A DNA stretch of 64,000 nucleotides from Scyliorhinus canicula (Eukaryota). Shown here piece by piece: positions 51,033-62,214 of this stretch. Below the pieces are notes generated by a model that was not told the origin of the DNA, did not search any database, and saw nothing but the letters and a program-made list of their open reading frames with translations. Location: assembly GCF_902713615.1 (NCBI RefSeq), contig NC_052157.1:76201411-76265410 (forward strand), in the 5' to 3' direction. The position numbers and the translations under genes are program-made. Within the stretch, counting starts at the first letter, position 1. Every line of letters starts with the position of its first letter.

Positions 51033-52492
51033 CTGTGAATCAGAAAACAAATACATGTGTCAAAGGACAGATGCACCCTTTATGTTCCTTGCATAAGGGC
51101 ATTGCAATGTCCACTATGTAAATATATCAAATAGGTTTCCATCAGTAAACAGACGGTCAAATCATTTAACTCGTGGTTACTGGCTTGAAATAATAAAACC
51201 ATGATCAGGGTGGATAGCTGTATCTTTACCTCACGGCTCCACTTCGCAAATTTGCAAATCGGGAATGAGCGCAATACACTTATCTTTTGTGGATGCGCTC
51301 ACGTTGGTTATATATGACCATTCAATTGAATGGAGACAGTAAATTGCCTTGTGAGGGTTCACACAATGTCCAAGAGATTTGGCACCACCCCAAGAGAAGT
51401 AGTGAACATATTTTGATTCAAAAAGAGACAAAGCCCTCCACTCAACATACCGTGATTCGGGCCCAAAACATAGCGATGTCTTTGGAGAATATTTGAACAG
51501 ACGCAGATTCAAATTAACTTCGGGCCATGGACTTCGCTGAATTACATTCGTTGAAAAAGATGCACTTGTGGATACGAGTCGGATGCAAATATAGGGCAAT
51601 CGATCATTTTGGTCGGATCCGTATTTCAATTAAACCATGATTCGCCTGCTTGTAAGCTGAAGTCATCATTGCCAATCATGCTGGAAACCGTCTACCTTTA
51701 CCTGAAGAGTGTGTTCAGAGGTTGACCGTCTTTTGAGGAAGAGACCATAAAAGCTCAGTGCCATTTGACAAAAAATAATGAGCGCCCCATTCTTTTAAAT
51801 TGCGGCGCCGTGTTCTCATTATCAAACAAAAACATGTACACCCGCCAATTCTGAGTCACTCGAATTACCCTTCCAAGGTCATTTGGAGGTTAGATGTCTC
51901 AATTACTCCTCTTTCAATCCACTAGACATGTAATGTGCAAAACATTAAGCCGATTCAATGAAAACTTTGCCTTTATGTGCTACATTTGCAATATAAAAGC
52001 AAAACTGATGGGGTTATTGTCAAATTATTACATTTTTGATTTTTCTAAATCCGTACTGAATGAACGTGGAGCAGACACTTAATGTTGAACAGCGTCCCAT
52101 CTGAAATAGTAAGACACTATCACCGCCAATTTTTTTGCAATGATATTCTTGCCGGTTAAATATTGGTGCAGGCCAACATGTATCCACATTTATGCCCGAC
52201 GAAGTACATCACACCACATCAATTCTCTGAAGGAGGATACAAATATTTGAGCAATATTTCACAATGGAGCCGAACTCCCAATCTGTTATCTCAAACAACA
52301 CGCACAGGCACTAACATCACTCACGGTGCAGCGCCACTAATTCTCCCATGTCACAATCAGTGTCTCTCAATCGTATTGTACATGAATCCTGATGGATTTT
52401 ACCCCAACACATAACAATAATGGCCATTCGAGTGACTGAGAAGGCTCTCCGGATAATTCACGTGTTATGCGTTCAGCGGGCTTTTCCAGTAA

Positions 52493-53667
52493 TAAGAACA
52501 TAAGAACATAAGAACTAGGAGCAGGAGTAGGCCATCTGGCCCCTCGAGCCTGCTCCGCCATTCAATTAGATCATGGCTGATCTTTTGTGGAATCAGCTCC
52601 ACTTTCCGGCCCGAACACCATAACCCTTAATCCCTTTATTCTTCAAAAAACTATCTATATTTACCTTAAAAACATGTAATGAAGGAGCCTCAACTGCTTC
52701 ACTGGGCAAGGAATTCCATAGATTCACAACCCTTTGGGTGAAGAAGTTCCTCCTAAACTCAGTCCTAAATCTACTTCCCCTTATTTTGAGGCTATCTCCC
52801 CGAGTTCTGCTGTCACCCGCCAGTGGAAACAACCTGCCCGCATCTATCCTATCTATTCCCTTCATAATTTTAAATGTTTCTATAAGATCCCCCCTCATCC
52901 TTCTAAATTCCAACGAGTACAGTCCCAGTCTACTCAACCTCTCCTCATAATCCAACCCCTTCAGCTCTGGGGTTAACCTAGTTAATCTCCTCTGCACACC
53001 CTCCAGCGCCAGTACATCCTTTCTCAAGTAAGGAGACCAAAACTGAACACAATACTCCAGGTGTGGCCGCACTAACACCTTATACAACTGCAACATAACC
53101 TCCCTAGTCTTAAATTGGGCAGCAGGGTAGCATGGTGGTTAGCATAAATGCTTCACAGCTCCAGGGTCCCAGGTTCGATTCCCGGCTGGGTCACTGTCTG
53201 TGTGGAGTCTGCACGTCCTCCCCCTGTGTGCGTGGGTTTCCTCCGGGTGCTCCGGTTTCCTCCCACAGTCCAAAGATGTGCGGGTTAGGTGGATTGGCCA
53301 TGCTAAATTGCCCGTAGTGTCCTAATAAAAGTAAGGTTGGGGGGGGGGGTTGTTGGGTTACGGGTATAGGGTGGATACGTGGGTTTGAGTAGGGTGATCA
53401 TGGCTTGGCACAACATTGAGGGCCGAAGGGCCTGTTCTGTGCTGTACTGTTCTATGTTCTATGTTCTAAACTCCATCCCTCTAGCAATGAAGGAAAACAT
53501 TCCATTTGCCTTATTAATCACCTGTTGCACTTGTAAACCAACCTTCTGTGACTCATGCACTAGCACACCCAAGTCTCTTTGAACAGCGGCATGCTTTAAT
53601 ATTTTATCGTTTAAATAATAATCCCGTTTGCTGTTATTCCTACCAAAATGGATAACCTCACATTTGT
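52493..53667 (-). mobile_element. Young 5'-truncated CR1 LINE with a SINE inserted
   Basis: Open RT C-terminus (MLQLYKVLVRPHLEYCVQFWSP…), (TTCTTATG)n tail. Confidence 0.95.
53117..53468 (+). mobile_element. HE1-type SINE nested in the CR1
   Basis: tRNA-like A and B boxes (GGTTCGATTCC), conserved core, LINE-derived tail. Confidence 0.93.
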
Positions 53668-53756
53668 AAATATACATACATATACATACATACAATGTAT
53701 GCTGTAATGGACACATCATTTAAAGGTGTTCGGCTATGTTTTTATAGTCTGCTCAC

Positions 53757-53792
53757 CTAATTGTTCCACTCTATATTTCAATGTTTCTATTT
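53757..53792 (-). CDS. Host gene micro-exon 2 (36 nt, EIETLKYRVEQL)
   Basis: atttttgtttcag|AAATAGAAACATTGAAATATAGAGTGGAACAATTAG|gtgagc. Confidence 0.78.
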
Positions 53793-54424
53793 CTGAAACA
53801 AAAATATGCTCAGATGCATTCGTTCAATACAATTTCAATCATTTGATACCTGGGATGCTTTCTAATTGGTAACATCTCTGCTTGTGAATTCCAACAACTT
53901 CAATTCTTCGTGCAACATCTCTCCAATTTTAAATATAAAATGAAAGATCAAGTCGCGCCTATCAAGACGTAGAGACATGCCAAAGTATTTTCGTTACTAT
54001 TTGGACTGTACCTGGCCTATAATTTCGGAACTTTAGCATGAGGTAGCATCGAACAGTTTGCAAATAGCAAATAGATATCAATTATATATTCAATATTAAT
54101 TACGTTGCATGACGGCTGGTAATGCGGCAGAAAAAAATGAAAACTAATTTTACTGGTTGTTGTAACAACATGTGCCAATTTATATCAATGTAGGATGTAA
54201 ACGTATGCCAGGTGTCTATTTTTAAAATCTGAAATATCACAAATTCGGCAATGATTTGCTTGGAAGAACTGTGTGTTGTCGTCCGGAGATTGAGCATCAT
54301 TCGGTGTTGCGCGAAAACATAACAGGACTTTGTCGTTCAGGATTTAGTTTGCTGTACTCGAAGTTTAGACTGACACTAACGTACACTAATTAATTTTGTT
54401 GCTATGGAATACGCAATCGAGTCA

Positions 54425-54680
54425 TTTAATTCCTCCATTGCAGAAGGGAGTCATTTTGTCCTTGGAGTCTACCCCGACCCTCTGAAAGTGGGCAGTACCA
54501 TATCCTCGTAATTAAACCTAAGTTGTAAATCTTTGGACACATCAATGCAACCTGTACATATTTGGACTTGAGAGTAAACCGCAGCACCCGAAAGAAATCC
54601 AGGCAGACAGGGGGAGTCTCCCAAAGTCCAAATTTAACCCGAGTTCCTGGGGCTTTGAGGCAGCAATGCCGTCCCACATG
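54425..54680 (-). mobile_element. Degraded SINE
   Basis: Weak match to the HE1-type core. Confidence 0.55.
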
Positions 54681-54730
54681 TTTAATCAATGCAAAAATAT
54701 GAGCTTGGAGGGGCGAATTGTGTAATTTAC

Positions 54731-54757
54731 CTCTAGTTTTGTCATTGAGTTCATTTT
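54731..54757 (-). CDS. Host gene micro-exon 1 in this window (27 nt, ENELNDKTR)
   Basis: ctgtctcctgcctcttgcag|AAAATGAACTCAATGACAAAACTAGAG|gtaaat. Confidence 0.75.
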
Positions 54758-55259
54758 CTGCAAGAGGCAGGAGACAGTTGAAATTTGAGGCTTAATGGCA
54801 GGATGCACAACCTAAATGTGTATTCTTGACCAGTTATTCCGCTGTGTACTGCAATCTGAGAGTGGCTGCAGACGCCTAACATTTTTCGCAATCTCTCATT
54901 GACCATATGAGTTCGTAGAAAAAACTCTAATAATTCAAATAATTCAAATCATGCCACTCATAATAATAAAAAAAACTCTAAAATACCGCTGTTCATGGTA
55001 GTTAAATATACGTCCAGTTTCAACCCATATCAAGAACCAGGAGTCGTGCATTTTGTCCGTATGCCTGCTGGTGCCAATAGACGCCAGGCTGCGAAAATGC
55101 AATAGTTCCAGTTTCTCCACATGATTCCAATCTGTTGACCACGTCTGGCCCGTATAACGAAGTCATGAAAGAACAAGAGTCATGAAAGTGCTATATTATA
55201 TTATTATTTTTTTATTTGTTTTATATTTGTTTACCAGAACTTGGTTGAAATTAAGTGGG

Positions 55260-56180
55260 ATGGCAGGGAAGGTAGTGCAATGTTCCTCCTGCAGGATGTT
55301 TGAGGTGAGGGATGCCGTTAGTGTCCCTGCTGATTTTACCTGCAGGAAGTGCAGCCAGCTCCAGCTCCTACAAGACCAAGTTATGGTACTGGAGCTGGAG
55401 TTGGATGAACTTCGGATCATTCGGGCGGCAGAGGTGGTCATAGATAGGAGCTTCAGGGAAGTAGTTACGCCAAAGAGTGGAGCTAGATGGGTAACTGTAA
55501 GAGGGACTGGGAAGAAGCAGACAGTGCAGGGACCCCCTGCGGTCGTTCCTCCGAGTAACACGTATACCGTTTTGGATACTTGTGGGGGGGGGAATTACCA
55601 GGGGTAAGCCGTGGGGTGCGGGACTCTAGCACGGAGTCTGTCCCTGTTGCTCAGAAGGGAAGAGGGGAGAGGAGCAGAGCATTAGTAATTGGGGACTCAA
55701 TAGTCAGGGGCACAGATAGGAGATTTTGTGGGAGCGAGAGAGACTCACGTTTGGTATGTTGCCTCCCAGGTGCAAGGGTAAGTGATGTCTCGGATCGTGT
55801 TTTTCGGGTCCTTAAGGGGGAGAGGGAGCAGCCCCAAGTCGTAGTCCACATTGGCACTAACGACATAGGTAGGAAAGGGGACAAGGATGTCAGGCAGGCC
55901 TTTAGGGAGCTAGGATGGAAGAGCGGGAACAAACAGAGTTGTTATCTCTGGGTTGTTGCCCGTGCCACGTGATAGTGAGACGAGGAATAGGGAGAGAGAG
56001 CAATTAAACACGTGGCTACAGGGATGGTGCAGGCGGGAGGGATTCAGATTTCTGGATAACTGGGGCTCTTTCTGGGGAAGGTGGGACCACTATAGACAGG
56101 ATGGTCTACATCTGAACCTAAGGGGCACCAATATCCTGGGGGGGAGATTTGTTAGTACTCTTTGGGGGGGTTTAAACTAA
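55260..56180 (+). pseudogene. CR1 ORF1 (CxxC…CxxC Zn finger, coiled coil, SGNH/GDS esterase), frameshifted
   Basis: CSSC…CRKC, LVIGDSIVRG, HIGTND, DGLHLN. Confidence 0.9.
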
Positions 56181-56299
56181 TTCAGCAGGGGCATGGGAAC
56201 CTGGATTGTAGTTTTGGGGTGCGAGAGATTGAGAGTAGAGAGGTCAGGAGCACAGATTTGACTTCGCAGGAGGGCGGCAGTGTTCAGGTAGGTGGTTTG

Positions 56300-59064
56300 A
56301 TGTGTGTCTATTTCAATGCCAGGAGTATACGAAATAAGGTAGGGGAACTGGCAGCATGGGTTGGTACCTGGGACTTCGATGTTGTGGCCATTTCAGAGAC
56401 ATGGATAGAGCAGGGACAGGAATGGTTGTTGCAGGTTCCGGGGTTTAGGTGCTTTAGTAAAGTCAGAGAAGGGGGCAAAAGAGGGTGAGGTGTGGCGCTG
56501 CTAGTCAAGGACAGTATTACGGTGGCAGAAAGGGTGCAAGATGGGGACTCTTCTTCAGTGGTAGTATGGGCTGAGGTTAGAAACAGGAAAGGAGAGGTCA
56601 CCCTGCTGGGAGTTTTCTATAGGCCACCTAATAGTTCTAGAGATGTAGAGGAAAGGATGGCGAAGATGATTCTGGAAAAGAGCGAAAGTAACAGGGTAGT
56701 TGTTATGGGAGACTTTAACTTTCCTAATATTGACTGGAAAAGATATAGTTCGAGTACATTGGATGGGTCGTTCTTTGTACAATGTGTGCAGGAGGGTTTT
56801 CTGACACAATATGTTGACAGGCCAACAAGAGGTGAGGCCACTTTGGATTTGGTTTTGGGTAATGAACCAGGCCAGGTGTTAGATCTGGGGGTAAGTGAAC
56901 ACTTTGGAGACAGTGACCACAATTCGGTGACCTTGACATTAGTGATGGAAAGGTATAAGTATACCCCGCAGGGCAAGAGTTATAGCTGGGGGAAGGGCAA
57001 TTATGATGCCATTAGACATGACTTAGGATGTGTAGGTTGGAGAAGTAGGCTGCAAGGGTTGGGCACACTGGATATGTGGAGCTTGTTCAAGGAACAGCTC
57101 TTGCGTGTTCTTGATCAGTACGTACCAGTCAGACAGGGAGGAAAGGGTAGAGCGAGGGAACCGTGGTTTACCAAAGAAGTGGAATCTCTTGTTAAGAGGA
57201 AAAAGGAGGCCTATGTGAAGATGAGGCGTGAAGTTTCAGTTGGGGCGCTTGATAGTTACAGGGAAGCGAGGAAGGATCTAAAGAGAGAGCTAAGACAAGC
57301 AAGGAGGGGACATGAGAAGTCTTTGGCAGGTAGGATCAAGGAAAACCCAAAAGCTTTCTAAAGGTATGTCAGGAATAAAAGAATGACTAGGGTAAGAGTA
57401 GGGCCAGTCAAGGACAGTGGTGGGAAGTTGTGTGTGGAGGCTGAGGAGATAAGCGAGATACTAAATGAATACTTTTTGTCAGTATTCACTCAGGAAAAAG
57501 ATAATATTGTGGAGGAGAATGCTGAGACCCAGGCTATTAGAATAGATGGTATTGAGGTGAGTAGGGAAGAAGTGTTGGTAATTCTGGACAAGGTGAAAAT
57601 AGATAAGTCCCCGGTGCCTGCTGGGATTTATCCTAGGATTCTCTGGGAAGCCAGGGAAGAGATTGCTGAGCCTTTGGCTTTGATTTTTAGGTCATCATTG
57701 GCTACAGGAATAGTGCCAGAGGACTGGAGGATAGCAAATGTGGTCCCTTTGTTCAAGAAGGGGAGTAGAGATAACCCCGGTAACTATAGGCCGGTGAGCC
57801 TAACATCTGTGGTGGGTAAAGTCTTGGAGAGTATTATAAAAGACACGATTTATAATCATCTAGATAGGAATAGTATGATTAGGGATAGTCAGCATGGTTT
57901 TGTGAAGGGTAGGTCATGCCTCACAAACCTTATCGAGTTCTTTGAGAAGGTGACTGAACAGGTGGACGAGGGTAAAGCAGTTGATGTGGTGTATATGGAT
58001 TTCAGTAAAGCATTTGATAAGGTCCCCACGGTCGGCTATTGCAGAAAATACGGAGGCTGGGGATTGAGGATGATTTAGAGATGTGGTCAGAAATTGGCTA
58101 GTTGAAAGAAGACAGAGAGTGGTGGTTGATGGGAAATGTTCAGAATGGAGTTCAGTTACGAGTGGCGTACCACAAGGATCTGTTCTGGGTCCGTTGCTGT
58201 TTGTCATTCTTATAAATGATCTAGAGGAGGGAGCAGAAGGATGGGTAAGTAAATTTGCAGACGACACTAAAGTCGGTGGAGTTGTAGACAGTGCGAAAGG
58301 ATGTTGCAGGTTACAGAGGGACATAGATAAGCTGCAGAGCTGGGCTGAGAGGTGGCAAATGGAGTTTAATGTGGAGAAGTGTGAGGTGATTCACTTTGGA
58401 AAGAATAACAGGAATGCGGAATATTTGGCTAATGGTAAAATTCTTGGTAGTGTGGATGAGCAGAGGGATCTCGGTGTCCATGTACATAGATCCCTGAAAG
58501 TTGCCACCCAGGTTGATAGGGTTGTGATGAAGGCATATGGTGTGATGGCCTTTATTGGTAGAGGGATTGAGTTCCGGAGCCATGAGGTCATGTTGCAGTT
58601 GTACAAAACTCTAGTACGGCCGCATTTGGAGTATTGCGTACAGTTCTGGTCGCCTCATTATAGGAAGGACGTGGAAGCTTTGGAACGGGTGCAGAGGAGA
58701 TTTACCAGGATGTTGCCTGGTATGGAGGGAAAATCTCATGAGGAAAGGCTGATGGACTTGAGGTTGTTTTCGTTAGAGAGAAGAAGGTTAAGAGGTGACC
58801 TAATAGAGGCATACAAAATGATCAGAGGGTTAGATAGGGTGGACAGCGAGAGCCTTCTCCCGTGGATGGAGGTGGCTATCACGAGGGGACATAGCCTTAA
58901 ATTGAGGGGTAATAGATATAGGACAGAGGTCAGAGGTGGGTTTTTTTACGCAAAGAGTGGTGAGGCCGTGGAATGCCCTACCTGCAACAGTAGTGAACTC
59001 GCCAACATTGAGGGCATTTAAAAGTTTATTGGATAAGCATATGGATGATAAGGGCATAGTGTAG
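56300..59064 (+). pseudogene. CR1 ORF2 (AP endonuclease and reverse transcriptase) with a few stops and frameshifts
   Basis: [43 protein letters not shown]. Confidence 0.95.
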
Positions 59065-59344
59065 GTTAGATGGCCTTTAGTTTTTTTTTCATGTCGGTGC
59101 AACATTGAGGGCCGAAGGGCCTGTACTGCGCTGTATCGTTCTATGTTCTATGTTCTAACAGTTGCCTTGCAGACTTCGGTCTTTGATTGGAGACGAACTA
59201 TTTAATCATTGCAAAGTATCTGAATGAGCCTGTCAAAAACTGTGTTTTCGAGGCCATCCCGCCATCCGATTCCCGGCCGTGATTCCAGCAACGTGATGTG
59301 GGAGATTACCGACTGTTAGAATGTATGTAATGAACAGAGTAATG

Positions 59345-59443
59345 AACTGAGGAAGGGACAGTGCTCCAAAAGCAAGAGTTTGAAACAAACCTGTTGGATT
59401 TTAACCTAGTGTTGTCAGACTTCTTATAGTGCTCAACCCAGTC
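59345..59443 (+). mobile_element. Single arm of the palindromic Penelope-associated family
   Basis: CTGAGGAAGGGACAGTGCTCCAAAAGC…AAACAAACCTGTTGGA. Confidence 0.7.
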
Positions 59444-60817
59444 ACTGTGAGGTCTTGGACTAAGTAGACGGGGAGGCTTGGGGCTAATACCTGATGTATT
59501 GAGACCTAATATCGAGCGCAAGTTATCAGACACTATCGATTCGCGTGGCTCTTCCTTAACTGACATAATATGACAAGCCCCAACCAATTGGGTCTCGATC
59601 CACCCTTCCCATGATCTCCCAATCACTATTCGCGCTTACCGATCGTGTGATCCACCCCAACACCGTGCATTCCAATGTTACTCAGCCAAACGCACTACCG
59701 ATTCATTTAATGATGAAATCACCCATTCGTCGGTTCACTAACATCTACAATTCTTTGCAGATGCAATGCAGATATTCACCCATCCAGCCATTTAAGATCG
59801 ATGTCCAGTCTGATATTTCGCCTATTAGTGTCGCTGAACGTGTCTGTCTCCTCTCGTGCTTGTTTCATGCATTGAAGTCTGAGATGAGCGTGTTCTTTGG
59901 AAGCTGCACGGCAATTTGTGCCTTTTTAATGTAGGCAAGTAAATTCCTATCCTTTATGACATATTAGCTCAGACAGTTTGTTTTCAAGCAGTGAAGGAAG
60001 CCTGGACTAGACCTTACATTCGACGGTTTATGGGAAACCGTACATGCCACATAATGTGCGAATCCAGACCTCGCAATGTCCGGCCATGCTGATATCCCTG
60101 GGAGTTTCACAGGAAGTTAGAAATTCAACAGGATGCTGCAACATGCCTGCCACCCTAAAACCTATATGGACCCCGCATTCGAATCCATGTGGATCGGGTA
60201 CAGATAGGGTTCTGTTACGAAGTTAATGTCAGATTTTCAGAATAACGTTTGACTTTTATAAATAGATCAGTAGATGTAGGTGACGCAGTGATAACTTGGC
60301 TACAGTTAATATTCAAAGAGATAAAACTATTGTCCTGGAAAGAGGTAGTCTAATTGCAAAAAGGAATATTATGTCAGTAATATGTAGTGAATTGAATAGC
60401 TCGACACCTAATTGCTAATCATAATAACTATGACAAAATGCTGTAAAATAGGAACCTATGTCTCTTCATCATTTTACGGAAGGGAAATAAGCTTCTGCCT
60501 GGTGCGCCGACACAGGCGCACAACAATGCGGTTGATATTTTACAGGGAAAATAAATGACCTCGCAAGACTCACAGACGTCGAGTGATTGCGGAAAAGAAT
60601 CAAACATGCTGTTTTTATCAGCGTAATTATGTTGTACGTTGTATAAACCAGCTAGAAAGATATTGCATGATTTACAGTGGAACTTTCCTGTTATTCTTAT
60701 TATGCATATGGTGCAATGAATTCTCAAGGTGGTGAGTATTCATCTTTGCAAAGTGCTTTCGAAGCTGATTGAAAAGGTCCTGCTTTTCATCGGAGTGTTT
60801 TTCAAGTTGCACCCATT

Positions 60818-61105
60818 AGAATAGAAGAGATTTTATACAGCAGAAGGAGAACATTCGGGCCATCGACGTGTGCACCGGTCCTTGGAAAGAGCCCATGCAT
60901 CCCCCTTCCATCTCCGCAATCTACTAACCCCACCAAACCTTTTGGACAATAAGGGACAACTTAACATAGCCAATCCACCTAATCTGCACGTCGTTGGACC
61001 AGCGGGGCACCCGGAACCAACCCACGCGGACACCAGGAGAACGTGCAAACTCCACATACTCACAGGAACCCGACGCCGGAATTGAACCCGGAACCATAAA
61101 GCTCT
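60818..61105 (-). mobile_element. Degraded HE1-type SINE
   Basis: Similar to 32541-32880. Confidence 0.75.
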
Positions 61106-61982
61106 GCCTTCCCTTGTAAGCTGTAAGAAGCTATACGTTAACAGTTGAAATTCAATTACAGTTCGAACGTTCGCCAATTAATTTCGTGGATTGGCTTAAT
61201 GGAAGCATTGTTAGTGTTCGCCGGCCATACATTTTCAAATGTTTGAACAGCTTGATCTCTGAATATTTCTCATTTGGCCCAGCGAATATCATGATATATA
61301 AATGGTGTTCCTTGTCCTTAATGAAGTGGGGTATCAAACAATGTAGTGTCGTTAAATATCCTGAGAAGAAGTTCACATTGTCCCTTCCTGGACATTATAT
61401 TCTGTTGACATCTGTGTGGCCATACTGTAGCACGCCAATTCAGTCCCAGAATGAACGATACCCAATTTTTGTTTGACGTATGCAAAACTTGGTTCATTTT
61501 TAAGCAGAAAACTGAAAACATACGTTCGGAGAACCTTAACTTTGAGGACAATATAATGAGTTGTGATCGATGGAGCACCGAATGCTTTGAGACATTGCGT
61601 ATTAGAATGAAGAGCGACTCCATCGAAATCTTCATTGGCCTAAAAAAAACATGCATCTTCTCTTTTGATATCCAAAAGACAAGCCACATGATCACCCCAC
61701 GCCGAAACACGCTCCTCGATGTTTCAGATTTGCATTGACGTTTGATTTGTAGAAACTCCATGATGGGCAGTATTTATCATTGAAACATACATAATTGGAG
61801 CAGAGTTAGGCCATTCGGTCCTTCGACCTTTTAGCAACATTCATGGTGGTCACGGATAATGAGCCAGAACAGTAACCCGTTCCAACACCCCTTCCAAGCT
61901 GCATCTGATTCTTTCTTGAAAACATATAATATTTTCGCCTCGACAGAGGTGAGATCTTAGTTCACCTATGGATTTCAAATAT

Positions 61983-62105
61983 TTGACAAAGAAGCATCCA
62001 GACTCGAAACTTTCGCTTCCCTGAATCTCCACAGATGCTGTCAGGAAGTGCCGAGTTTGTCCAGTTTTTCCCGTTTTCGGTTCAGATTCCAACATCCGCA
62101 GTAAC
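61983..62105 (+). mobile_element. Penelope-associated short repeat, third copy
   Basis: Matches 50151-50282. Confidence 0.7.
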
Positions 62106-62214
62106 TTTCCTGTAAATTTGAATTCAAATCTCAGTTTTGCGAAAGAGCAGTGGGCGAAATAACATCTTGAGTTGCAAGTCAGTGTCGGTTAGGCAGGATA
62201 TATCAGACAATTAG

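Larger units (their letters stand above)
55208..59157 (+). mobile_element. Near-full-length, recently inactivated CR1 (HER1-like) LINE
   Basis: ORF1 and ORF2 nearly intact; (TTCTATG)n tail. Confidence 0.97.

Noticed and set aside
51231-51629. 132-aa minus-strand ORF as a host exon
   Set aside because: No recognisable domain or compatible splice sites; it lies in the intron between micro-exons 2 and 3
53117-53190. tRNA gene
   Set aside because: The A and B boxes belong to SINE heads; no full cloverleaf
59491-59505. 15-nt segment (GLNTS)
   Set aside because: Weak splice sites, and no intervening 36-nt exon was found between it and 54757
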